A stretch of 62,364 nucleotides of DNA, the filler included, from Stramenopiles sp. TOSAG23-2 (Eukaryota), in NCBI GenBank assembly GCA_900128395.1. It is 26 parts of 26 records of this genome, joined end to end, with 100 filler letters (N's around TTAATTAATTAA, not from the genome) between each part and the next. Parts side by side here need not be neighbours in the genome. Positions count along the whole stretch, not along the records: positions 1 to 2,322 come from LT651842.1; positions 2,423 to 4,743 come from LT651843.1; positions 4,844 to 7,163 come from LT651844.1; positions 7,264 to 9,583 come from LT651845.1; positions 9,684 to 12,002 come from LT651846.1; 21 more parts are not named here. One strand, written 5' to 3'. Under the pieces are notes generated by a model that saw only the letters and a program-made list of their open reading frames with translations, did no database searches and was not told where the DNA came from. The position numbers and the translations under genes are program-made. Below, piece after piece: positions 1 through 10,547 of the stretch. Position 1 is the first letter of the stretch. Each line of letters begins with the position of its first letter.

Positions 1-105
1 ACTCTCTACACATCGGAAGATTTTTTTTCTGGTGGAGATTGAACCACATGGCATGGTGGAATTATATATGGCGGTAATGGTCCAATGCCAACAGGTGGTG
101 GCATT

Positions 106-2322
106 TTAAACATCACGATCCCTATTGCATTTATCTTTCATTTCCACATTTCGAACAAAACAAACAAATGGATGGCTACCATCGTATCTCCACGGTGCAG
201 ATGCTTTTCCTTGCCACATCGATGTAATCATTGCCATGACTAGTGCTATTGCTGTTCGTACAACTTTACTAATGGCCGGTCCTAACGGAGAAGCCATCCC
301 ACCTGCTAATGGGCCACTGCCTTCCGCTGCGGACATTTTCAATCCAGCAACTGATGCAGCATGGTATGCCGCAACGCGTTTATCTTGCAATTCCCGTTCT
401 TTCTGTATCATTGGTGCAGCCTCTTCCGGTGCTGGTAAACCAGCAACCCATCCAGCTTTTATTCGTTGAGAACATTTTAAACATTTACTAGGTTGCCCAT
501 ATATGACATCTTCACATGGATCAGAGCAATTGCAATTTTTTGTTGGTGCGATCATTCTTGTTATTTCTGCTTCGCGTACACGATGTTTTCTAGCTTCTTC
601 TCTTAATACATTTATTTTATTTGGAATTGGTTTTATTTTCAATCGTTTTTTAAACAATCTCATCACTTTTGCTTTCAATTGCTCTACCGTCCCTGTTTCA
701 TTATTCGTGTTATTTGTTTTCTTCTTCTCAAACACACATACTTTTTTTAAAAGTCGTGTTAATTCTTCTCTACCTGTTTCTATTTGTTTCAATACTTTAC
801 ATAGACGTTTTGAAATAGGACGTCCTTCACGCAATTTCTCAGCAACGTCAACAGCTGCTTCATGAACAAATGGACATTTGTCAACCAGAGTTAAATACGG
901 ACCACTGTGGTGTTCTGTATATGGTTGGAGTGGAGACACTTTCACTTGAATCTTACCAGATTCAAATACGTAATTGTTGCAAACTTTTGTTTTATCGTAT
1001 TTTGCAAAAATGCGTATTGCTTTGAAACAAGAGGTGACATAGTCATTTGCTTGTTTTTTAATTTTGTAATTTTCTATATTAATTTCAAGTCCTTGTTTTG
1101 AAAATTTTAAGAAATGTTTTCCAGCAAAATTTCCATTTAAATCTTTATCTCTTCCTGTATAAAATGTTGCACGTTGTCGATTTTCTTCTTGTAAATTTGG
1201 ATCAATTGGTATTTCATATGGAGATGATGGTGTACATGCACCATTGCCATTCATACCAGCAATGGACGTATCTAATACAAGTTTAATGTGTAAATTAATA
1301 TAAACATCTTTTCCTCGTGGAAAATGCCATTGAAAATATCTACCAGGTGGTGCAAAAATTTGAAACTCAGTAGCACTTTTCTCCTTGAATGATCCTCTAT
1401 ATGCAGGAGAGCCATCGNNNNNNNNNNNNNNNNNNNNNNNNNNNNNNNNNNNNNNNNNNNNNNNNNNNNNNNNNNNNNNNNNNNNNNNNNNNNNNNNNNN
1501 NNNNNNNNNNNNNNNNNNNNNNNNNNNNNNNNGTATTTCATCCATAACACTAAGCTTTTCTTCATCGTATGTATGGCATGTTACTTTATCTGGATATTGA
1601 ATAGATCCTGTTGGGCATCTATTAAACACGTTGCGTTTGAATCTAACGGTCTCTATGTCGACATCGGAATTATTGTATACATATGTTGAAGGACCGGGTA
1701 AATTTACATCAAATTTTGCTGGATGTTTAATTATTGGATTTACAAAATTTGTCTGTTCTTCATCATCTTCTTCATTCCATTGAAGCGCGTGTTTTTGTTC
1801 GTTTGGTGTTGATTGCAATGATGATTTTTCCTCTAAAAAAAAGGAGGAAACGGCTGTATCCACAACAACACCATTCGTTTTCTCTACATAATCAGTTTCA
1901 AAATCATTACCAATTGGAGCTGGATAATAATGTGGATTTTTTTTTAACAAATTACTTAAAAATTCTCCTCCAGTACCTTTATCAAAAACAGTAAATTTAT
2001 AAAATGGGTGTTGTTGCTCTTCTTCTTTTTTTTCGTTTCCATCATTACCATTTCTATTATTGTTTAATTGTCGATTTTTAACTGTATTTATTACCCGCCT
2101 TTTTGCAGCTACTAATTCTTTTTTGATTCTATTTTCATTTTTTTGTATAACATTTGGAATAGTTGGAACTTGTATAAAAAAAGTTGTTGGGGTATTTACT
2201 TGAGAAGAATCACTTATTTTATTATCTTTTGGCATACCATTTGCTTTCAGTTTATTTTTCGCTTTCAACGTCTCCTTTGCTTCTTTTGCTGCTTTTTGTT
2301 CAAGCATATCTGCTTCTAAATC
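106..2322 (-). CDS. Large hypothetical protein, 5'-partial, with an internal N gap (1418-1532)
   Basis: Open frame of >730 aa running to the contig end, with Cys-rich and coiled-coil-like segments. No family recognised. Confidence 0.7.
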   Translation of the reverse strand, partial: DLEADMLEQKAAKEAKETLKAKNKLKANGMPKDNKISDSSQVNTPTTFFIQVPTIPNVIQKNENRIKKELVAAKRRVINTVKNRQLNNNRNGNDGNEKKEEEQQHPFYKFTVFDKGTGGEFLSNLLKKNPHYYPAPIGNDFETDYVEKTNGVVVDTAVSSFFLEEKSSLQSTPNEQKHALQWNEEDDEEQTNFVNPIIKHPAKFDVNLPGPSTYVYNNSDVDIETVRFKRNVFNRCPTGSIQYPDKVTCHTYDEEKLSVMDEIXXXXXXXXXXXXXXXXXXXXXXXXXXXXXXXXXXXXXXXDGSPAYRGSFKEKSATEFQIFAPPGRYFQWHFPRGKDVYINLHIKLVLDTSIAGMNGNGACTPSSPYEIPIDPNLQEENRQRATFYTGRDKDLNGNFAGKHFLKFSKQGLEINIENYKIKKQANDYVTSCFKAIRIFAKYDKTKVCNNYVFESGKIQVKVSPLQPYTEHHSGPYLTLVDKCPFVHEAAVDVAEKLREGRPISKRLCKVLKQIETGREELTRLLKKVCVFEKKKTNNTNNETGTVEQLKAKVMRLFKKRLKIKPIPNKINVLREEARKHRVREAEITRMIAPTKNCNCSDPCEDVIYGQPSKCLKCSQRIKAGWVAGLPAPEEAAPMIQKERELQDKRVAAYHAASVAGLKMSAAEGSGPLAGGMASPLGPAISKVVRTAIALVMAMITSMWQGKASAPWRYDGSHPFVCFVRNVEMKDKCNRDRDV

Positions 2323-2422
2323 NNNNNNNNNNNNNNNNNNNNNNNNNNNNNNNNNNNNNNNNNNNNTTAATTAATTAANNNNNNNNNNNNNNNNNNNNNN
2401 NNNNNNNNNNNNNNNNNNNNNN
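2323..2422. other. Artificial contig linker (N44-TTAATTAATTAA-N44); the same linker recurs 25 times, about every 2.4 kb
   Basis: Identical 100-nt spacer with stops in all six frames. Flanking contigs decrease in length from 2322 to about 2283 nt. Confidence 0.98.
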
Positions 2423-2573
2423 AAACTCCTATGTCTAAATTTGAATGTTTTGGCCACGCCGTGAAGGGGCAAAGTTATGAATGTTACACTTTAGGGTTTC
2501 AGTGGAGATTACCAGGTATTATAAAATTAAAAAAATAGACCAAAAAAAGATTTAGAAGCTGGACGTAGTCCGC

Positions 2574-4160
2574 CCAGAGAGGTAGATTTAGTGCTATTCC
2601 ATGTATTATCCACCTAATTTTATCAAGTTAGCATGAGGGTTTATATGCTATTACGGCCTAATTGTAATCAAATTTTAAAATCCAAAAATGCAGTTATTTT
2701 TGTATTTTTTGTGGAAACAACACAAAAATCACACACTCCATCCAACTACTACACAATCATTGATGGCGAATGAGGTTGTACGGGATAGTATGGAAATACC
2801 ATTGAAAAGCTAAACTGGCGCATATATATATAATTGAATGAAAGAAAGAAATGTATTTATATTAAATGGCAATTTTACTTTTTGAAATGGACGTATTAAA
2901 AAATATCTATCTAAGACTTCCTGCTGAAGAATTATTATATTGACGTTTATATACATATCAGTGCGCATGAAAAAAGTCAGCAGCATCTCTTAGATAATAA
3001 TTTTTTTATTTGTAAAAATATATTTAGTAAATTTAGACGTAATTATTATGTCTAACAAGCAAAAGATTACAGGTGGTGGACGGTGGAATGGTGTAGGGAA
3101 TCTTAATAATTTTAATAAACAGAGAACAGTGGCAAATTTATCAACGCCTAATCAAAAAGGATCACCATCATCATCATCATCATCATCATCGTCATCATCA
3201 TCCAAAAAAACAGTGCGAAAACAAACCATGAAACCAAAGGTACGTATTCAGTCATACAAGAATGGAATGCTGGAAGAAATAACAAGGAGGAATGAAGACA
3301 TTGCATTTCATGTATCTGCATCATATGTATTTTATAAATCATATACAAAAAAAGAGCAATCTTATAAATTAAAAGATACAATTGTTGGAAGTCGTACAAG
3401 TGCTGGAACAGATGCAGATGGCACAAACAATACACGAGTAAAGGATACCCAGTGTTATAATTATAGTAGTAGTCGTTCGTATTTCTTTAAAGCAAGAAAT
3501 GTAACGTTTGGTATGGTACACCAAATTGAATTGGCTGATTGCTTGTTAACGTTAAAAAATGAGAATAATGGCATGCTATTAAGGAATGAAGCCAATGAAA
3601 CAGTAATAAAGGTATTTAACAATGATTGTTTCCGTTTTATTTTTAACAATTTAAACCTGTATACAAAGTTAAAATTGGGTAACAGTAATGTTCAAGCCAT
3701 GTATGATGCATGCATGGAAAAAGAACGATACAAAAATCCATATTACAGAACTACCATGCAACTGTTAAACTTAGTAACTGGAGCATATGAAGATATCTGG
3801 TATTATACAACATTTCCAAAAATATTTGTATCGCGGAAAAACTGCATAACGCTGGATGAAGCACTGGTAGAAGAAGAAAAACGGTTGAAGAAGAAAGAAC
3901 AGGTTAAAGATGTTCCAGAGAAATGCAAAGATATATTTGATGATGCAGAAATGTTTGAGAAATTATCATAATAATAATTAATTATAAAAGTTGCAAAAAT
4001 AAAACACTGTCGTAAATAATATTTTTTGTGGAGCACAGTAATCAGCGGCGAGGCACTAATTATTAAAATCTATTAGGCTAGAAATAGCATTGTAAAACCT
4101 TAAAAATACCCTTATTTTACTCAAAATAGAAGCCACACAGCACTAAATCTACCTCTCTGG
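2574..4160. mobile_element. Inverted-repeat-bounded element (22-bp perfect IRs) carrying one ORF
   Basis: CCAGAGAGGTAGATTTAGTGCT at 2574-2595 and its exact reverse complement at 4139-4160. No direct TSD is visible. Confidence 0.65.
3048..3971 (+). CDS. Orphan 307-aa protein inside the IR-bounded element
   Basis: Intact ATG-to-TAA ORF with a basic/Ser-rich N-terminus and a globular-looking remainder. No DDE, HUH, RuvC or tyrosine-recombinase motif recognised. Confidence 0.75.
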   Translation: MSNKQKITGGGRWNGVGNLNNFNKQRTVANLSTPNQKGSPSSSSSSSSSSSSKKTVRKQTMKPKVRIQSYKNGMLEEITRRNEDIAFHVSASYVFYKSYTKKEQSYKLKDTIVGSRTSAGTDADGTNNTRVKDTQCYNYSSSRSYFFKARNVTFGMVHQIELADCLLTLKNENNGMLLRNEANETVIKVFNNDCFRFIFNNLNLYTKLKLGNSNVQAMYDACMEKERYKNPYYRTTMQLLNLVTGAYEDIWYYTTFPKIFVSRKNCITLDEALVEEEKRLKKKEQVKDVPEKCKDIFDDAEMFEKLS

Positions 4161-5502
4161 CTCGACTCTTCGCTTCGCGAAGACGGAGTACAGATGGTAA
4201 GCGAAGAGGCGAGGATCTCGACTAGGGTGGCGGGATTTTTTTTTTTTTTCGCGTTCTTCGTTCATCATTTTTTTTCTTGTGTTGTTCTAGTGGTGTTATT
4301 AATAGTGTGTTTACTGTCTCGTCCACTTCGTACTTCTCTTGTACTAGATATAATGCTATATCTATCAAATATTTACAATGGTATGATGGTATGATGGTAA
4401 ATGTTTGTATGCTATATGCTTATATCCATATGGTAATGGTATATACCTAGTAGATCAATGGCCTCGATTTTATGCTATAAAAGAACCAATAATTTATACT
4501 TGAAAGGTACGTTAGAATATCAAAATATTCATTGATTATTGATTTCACTTAAACCTAATACACCAACAATAATAACACTTAAAAGCGTACTAGTATTTAT
4601 TATTCTTCGATCAAACAAAAACTATATATATATACAAAAAAACAAAAGAAATTGTTAAAACAAATGAAACAAAAGAATGTACATTGTCTATATATAATAG
4701 TAGGATAGAATAAAAATCAAGAACGTTATATATATATATATATNNNNNNNNNNNNNNNNNNNNNNNNNNNNNNNNNNNNNNNNNNNNTTAATTAATTAAN
4801 NNNNNNNNNNNNNNNNNNNNNNNNNNNNNNNNNNNNNNNNNNNATAATCTTCTTTGTGGGTCTACAACACTGTCTATTTACCTTTGTAATTTTTTTGATT
4901 CGTCATCATGCACTCATCATCAAATAAAATAAATATAATAAAATATGAAATTTTTTATTATTATATATATATATTATTATTATTGAAATTAATTATTATT
5001 AACAACCACCACCAGGAGAATGGTATAGGAAAACGTAGACCTTCCTAGGAAATGCCTCTATTATTATATTATAGTGAAATTAATAGGTGTCCAGCCTGGC
5101 CAGAGAAATGCAATGGTGCATCATTGATTTCATTGATTGAGCAACAACATTTTCAAAAAAAAAATGATGTGAGTATGGGATACGTATATTATAGCATTGC
5201 ATCAGCACTGCGAAGGGAATCGAGTAGGTGGTGAGTATGAATAATGATAGTCTAAGTCCTCGTATTAGTATGTCGCGGTTTGATTTATAGCTAATGTTAT
5301 TTACCTGCTATTGATTGTAATCCAAGGAAAGTATGTACATACAGTATTTGATATTTGTGATATATATATATCTAGAATATATAATTCTAGAATAATAGAT
5401 GTAGATAGTAGTATATATATATGTTAATGTATGAAATTTACCTTTTGGAAAAATATACATCACCGTCATCTTCATAAAGAATAAGGAAGTGGAATCATCA
5501 TC

Positions 5503-7163
5503 ATGGAATTAACCATACAAGATATTGAACACGATTTTCAACAAATCATTGATGCATCTGTTAATACAACTACCACCAACACCACCACATCTTCTTCAAA
5601 CAATAATGATGTAATCAATATTGTAAATATTATGTTTCAACATGTTACGGAAAATATTATTGAAAATAAGGATACAGATAATAATAATAACAATCTTGAT
5701 GAAGAAATAGATAAAGAATATCAAGCGGAAGAAATTTTAGACATATTCCAAACGTTTTCTGTAAATAAGAATATATTGCATGCTATGAAAGCACGTGCAA
5801 TCGTTGAAGAATCAGAATGTTATAATAATATTATTAAATTAGAAAATCAAATTGTACAACAGTTTAATAAATACAATCATAATTGTTCAAATAGTAGCAG
5901 CAGCGATGATGATGGTTCCTCGTCGTCTCCTCCTTCACCTTCGACATCGTTATCAACTTCAGAAAATATTATTAATGCTGACATTATTAAAGAATCTGTT
6001 AATCAATATGATATATTATGCGATGAACTAAAAATACTTTCTGGGATGTTTGATTCAAGATTGGCTGCTGATGATGATGAGAAGGAAGAAAATAATAATA
6101 ATAATAATAACAATGTAAATACAACAACAGGTGATGATGATCCTACTACTACCACTATAATCAATAAAGATGATTGGAATGAATTAAATCAATACAAACA
6201 ATTGCTTTCCAAATCAATTGATAAAAATAAATATATAGAACATTTATGTAAAATGTTACAAAATAAAAATACATATATAGTGCGATTAAACTCATTTAAA
6301 CATAATGATGATATATTAAATAATCCAGACAATGATACCATGCATCAAATGGCAAAAGATATTGAACGTGATGTCGTATTGATAAATAATGACCGATTAG
6401 TCCATGGATCTGAATATGGATATGATGGAATATGTAAAGTTATTAAAGATGAAATAAATCGTGTTCGAGAATACCAATATACATCTTCAACGAATGGTAA
6501 CATATTGCTACCACCGTTTGAATCAATTGATCCAGATATATTGGATAATTTTGTTGGCAATATTGTATTTGCATGTAATCGTACTCAAAGTGGTGGGGAT
6601 ACATTTGATTTATTGAATCAAATATTTTTTCATAATGAATTAGCAATTTTAGCACCAGATAGTGACAATATCCCCCCATTAGAAATAATCATTGATTGTG
6701 GTCCATATAAAGAACATCCTAATTTTAGGGGTGAATTTGGAACATATTGTTGGGCAGTACGAGCTATAGTAAAAGCAAAGATGATATTTAATATATGCGA
6801 CATGTCCCCAATGGATGAAGATACTGCTGTATGGGGTAAAGTTAGTGGGTGTTTTGAACGCTTGCTTGTCATGCCAGTTAAAATATTAAGTAATAAAACA
6901 TATTATTACGATCGAGGTTTAACTGATCGTGGTGTTGTTACTGTTGAGTTAAGTGATTTAATCGATATGACATTAGCTGACGAGAAACTGGAGGAAAAGC
7001 AGAATATGCATGAACATGATAATGTAACAATAAATAACAATGTAGAAACCATGCAAAGTAATAATGTAGTGGATGACAAATTATTAGAACAAGATGATGA
7101 GAAAAATAATAATAGTAATAGTAATAATAATAATAATGATGATGAAGATTTTCTAGAAGATGT
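5503..7163 (+). CDS. Hypothetical protein, 3'-partial
   Basis: Open frame of >550 aa with poly-Asn tracts and a globular core (KDIERDVVLIN...CNRTQSGGDTF). Confidence 0.8.
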
Positions 7164-7346
7164 NNNNNNNNNNNNNNNNNNNNNNNNNNNNNNNNNNNNN
7201 NNNNNNNTTAATTAATTAANNNNNNNNNNNNNNNNNNNNNNNNNNNNNNNNNNNNNNNNNNNNTAAAGTTGTAAATCACATTCTTTAATCAATCTAAATG
7301 TTTTTGTATTGTCGTTATATATATATATATATTATTTAATGCTGTA

Positions 7347-7764
7347 GTTAAAATCTAAGTTGCGTAAATAATTTTACTTCCCCCCCCGGTGCTAAGTAAT
7401 TAATGCTCAATACTCAATCTCAAGAATAATATTCTATCCTACTATAGTAAAGCTCTAATGCGCCTCTGCAAACAAATACTCTACAAGAATGAGTAGCTTT
7501 CTATCCTTCCGCGCGTACTCGTTGAACGCGCTGGACGTCGGGTTCATTCGAAAATGGTGAGGTTGTCGAAGTGAAAGATCCTGTTGTGAACAACAACCGG
7601 TAACTATCCGGATAAAGATCTTGAAGTGCACGGTTGTGGCAAAAAGCCGCGGTTTTGATCACTTTAGCTTGTAGTTTTTTTCAAGTTTCATTGACCCATT
7701 GTGCTTTAAGCCAGTCTAATTTTCGTTTCGTGGCTGAAGAAAGTATGAACTTCCTGTTGGCCAT
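7347..7764 (-). repeat. Dispersed repeat family, copy A (longest); decayed coding-like segment plus conserved tail
   Basis: 7347-7607 aligns with 43434-43722. Shorter copies at about 23654-23714 and 12841-12897 share the same GTT(A/G)AAATCTAA end. Confidence 0.85.
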
Positions 7765-8085
7765 TTGTTATAATACGAAGTATAATATACACGGAAGTAT
7801 ATATATATGATATTTTTAAATTTATTATAATATATATAGTATACATATGTATATCATAATACATTGTAAATTATATTACGAACACATTATATTTTAATAT
7901 ATATTTTAAAAATAAATTCATCACCAGATATCACGTACAAGTGTCGTATTAATTATTTTATAATAAAAATCAATTTTACTATGCATATAAAAAATATCAA
8001 ATATTTTCTGCACCTTGCATTTCTGCTCTTCGTCGAGCTGCTTCTCTAGCTTCTAAAATCAATTTTACTATGCATATAAAAAATA

Positions 8086-8704
8086 TCAAATATTTTCTGC
8101 ACCTCGTATTTCTGCTCTTCGTCGAGCTGCTTCTCTAGCTTCTCTTTTATATGAATCAACTGGTGCCTTGATATTTCTCAAAATGTCTCGTATATCGCCT
8201 TCACCACCATCATAATCATCTTGATCTTCTAGATCTTCCATCATAAGTCGATATTCCTTGTATGTAAATTTCCTATCTCCATTTTTATCGTATCGATCTA
8301 AAAGGACTTTAACTTGTGGAATAGACATTTTAACTTTATATGATTTTTTTAACAACTTTTGTATCTCTTCAACGCTCAAAAGTTTGTCATGATTCTTGTC
8401 ACCTCGATTAAAGTAAGATTCTGATAATTCTGATTCTTTAACATGTACAGGGCCTCTTTTACAACAACATTTATAACAAATACAGGAGAAACAGGATATA
8501 AAACAACATCCTGAGACAAGAACAAATATAACTGAATTTGCACTATTTGGAAATTCAGAAATTAACGAATTGATATCGATTGAAATAACAAATACAGGAG
8601 AAACAGGATATAAAACAACATCCTGAGACAAGAACAAATATAACTGAATTTGCACTATTTGGAAATTCAGAAATTAACGAATTGATATCGATTGAAACAC
8701 TCAT
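8086..8704 (-). CDS. Small membrane-anchored EF-hand protein (N-terminal TM, Cys cluster, EF-hand pair); 5' part duplicated in the assembly
   Basis: MSVSIDINSL...VIFVLVSGCCFISCFSCICYKCCC followed by DKNHDKLLSVEE and DKNGDRKFTYKE loops. 8476-8585 is duplicated at 8587-8697. Confidence 0.75.
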
Positions 8705-10547
8705 TTTAATAAAAGGTTGAAGGTCAGTAAATATATACAAAGATGAATATATAATGTTAATTCTAATAATATATCTTTTTATGACTGACTTATTAACTTT
8801 ATAATATGGAATTAAATATTTTGTTGTTGTAATAAAATAAATATTATATAACTATAATAAAAATAATGCAGAAAAAAGAAGAAATGCCTGGAAACATGAT
8901 GCATGCTAATGCTGGCATGCATGCCTGGCATGCTGGCGAAAGAAAAAAGAAGTTATTATAATATTAATAGTGTGCTATTATATTATAGTATATCTTCTCT
9001 GGTATTTATTAATAAACGAGAGAAGAAAAAGCTGGAAAGCCTGGAAAGCTTGGTAATGGCCTGCTTTTGTCCAGCGCCTTTGGAAAGGTATAACGAACTA
9101 AACTAGAATAATTAATGATAGCAAATAGCATTCTCACAGCACTAATACTTAATACTGTCTAGACTTCAATTAAAATATAGCTATATAATATTGGTATTGT
9201 AAATAGTATTTCACACCTATATGGTTTGCCAGGTTTGCACGGAAAAAGAAAAAGTATTAATATTGGAAATCAGGTATATGTTTGTACTAATTAGTATATA
9301 AAATAATACATAGGATGCTCCATATATCGGTTAAGGTATTTATCCAAATCGGATCTTATCTAGTACCACCGGTGGTATATCTAGACTGACTATTTCTTTC
9401 CGAGAAAGAGTCTGACGACGCAGACTGGAGATCTTCTCAACAGTGGGTCATATATGATACTTCGTAAATAAATACACATATAATGGGTATAGATTATAAT
9501 TATAATATTCACTTTTACTCCTCTCGCCGTCTTTCTCTTCCTCATTTTAATTAATTGGTCCATCTACAACGCTTGGTGCGGAANNNNNNNNNNNNNNNNN
9601 NNNNNNNNNNNNNNNNNNNNNNNNNNNTTAATTAATTAANNNNNNNNNNNNNNNNNNNNNNNNNNNNNNNNNNNNNNNNNNNNGAAAGTCTTCGCATTCT
9701 TTAATATAACATATTTACGATTTGAACAGCGAGGCGGGCGGTGCTGCATATCTTTGCGTCCTTCCCGCTCTCAGTTTAGGTACATATAAACATATGTATA
9801 TTACCGGAGAAACTTCATGGTGACTTGTATATAATCGCGATAATATTCCAAACAAAAATTATTTTTTTTTTTTTTTGGAAAATAATTTTAAAATTAAATA
9901 TTTAGATTGTAAGTCATAAACAGCAAAAAAATACACAAGAAAATAATCAACTAAAAGCGAAAAAACCAGAAGGTTGGAGAACATAATAACCCTTCTTATC
10001 AGAAGTTTATATGACGTGTCTGATCGCACAGTCTATTAACATATAAATCAAAATAAGTAAAAAAATTATGAATAGCAAGCCCCATATATATCAATAGATA
10101 TATCATATATTGACATTATGAGATTTGGAAAATACGGATAAACACCCATATTTTTTATTATATTATTGTACGCCTACCGGTTCGTAATAATAAAAGAAAG
10201 AAAATTTATGACTAGAGTATAAAATCGAAAAAGATATTGAGATTGGTTATGTACAGCAATGTTTTTGGCATTGTATATTTTTCATAATTGATATTGTTGA
10301 TAAAATGCATCTTTTATATTTATTTATATCATAAATATTTATATTTTACTATAAATAGGCAGAAGAGTGTATTTAATAAAAAAATATTAAAAAAATTTTT
10401 ATATAAAAAGAGAAATAAATAAAAGTCAAAACAACACACGCTGATAAATATTTCAAATTCCTTTTATTACACACAATACTATTTTTACATTTTTCCACGA
10501 ATATTATATTTTGCCAATATAACAACAATACGAATGTTAAAATTATT

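Noticed and set aside
7774-7783. TATACGAAGTAT resembles the loxP arm TATACGAAGTTAT
   Set aside because: It is one base short, is never arranged as inverted arms around an 8-bp spacer, and no recombinase is present.
7966-8697. Tandem duplications of the EF-hand gene's 3' end (7966-8053) and 5' end (8587-8697)
   Set aside because: Short near-exact copies that break the gene; the same pattern recurs in many contigs, consistent with assembly or allele artefacts.
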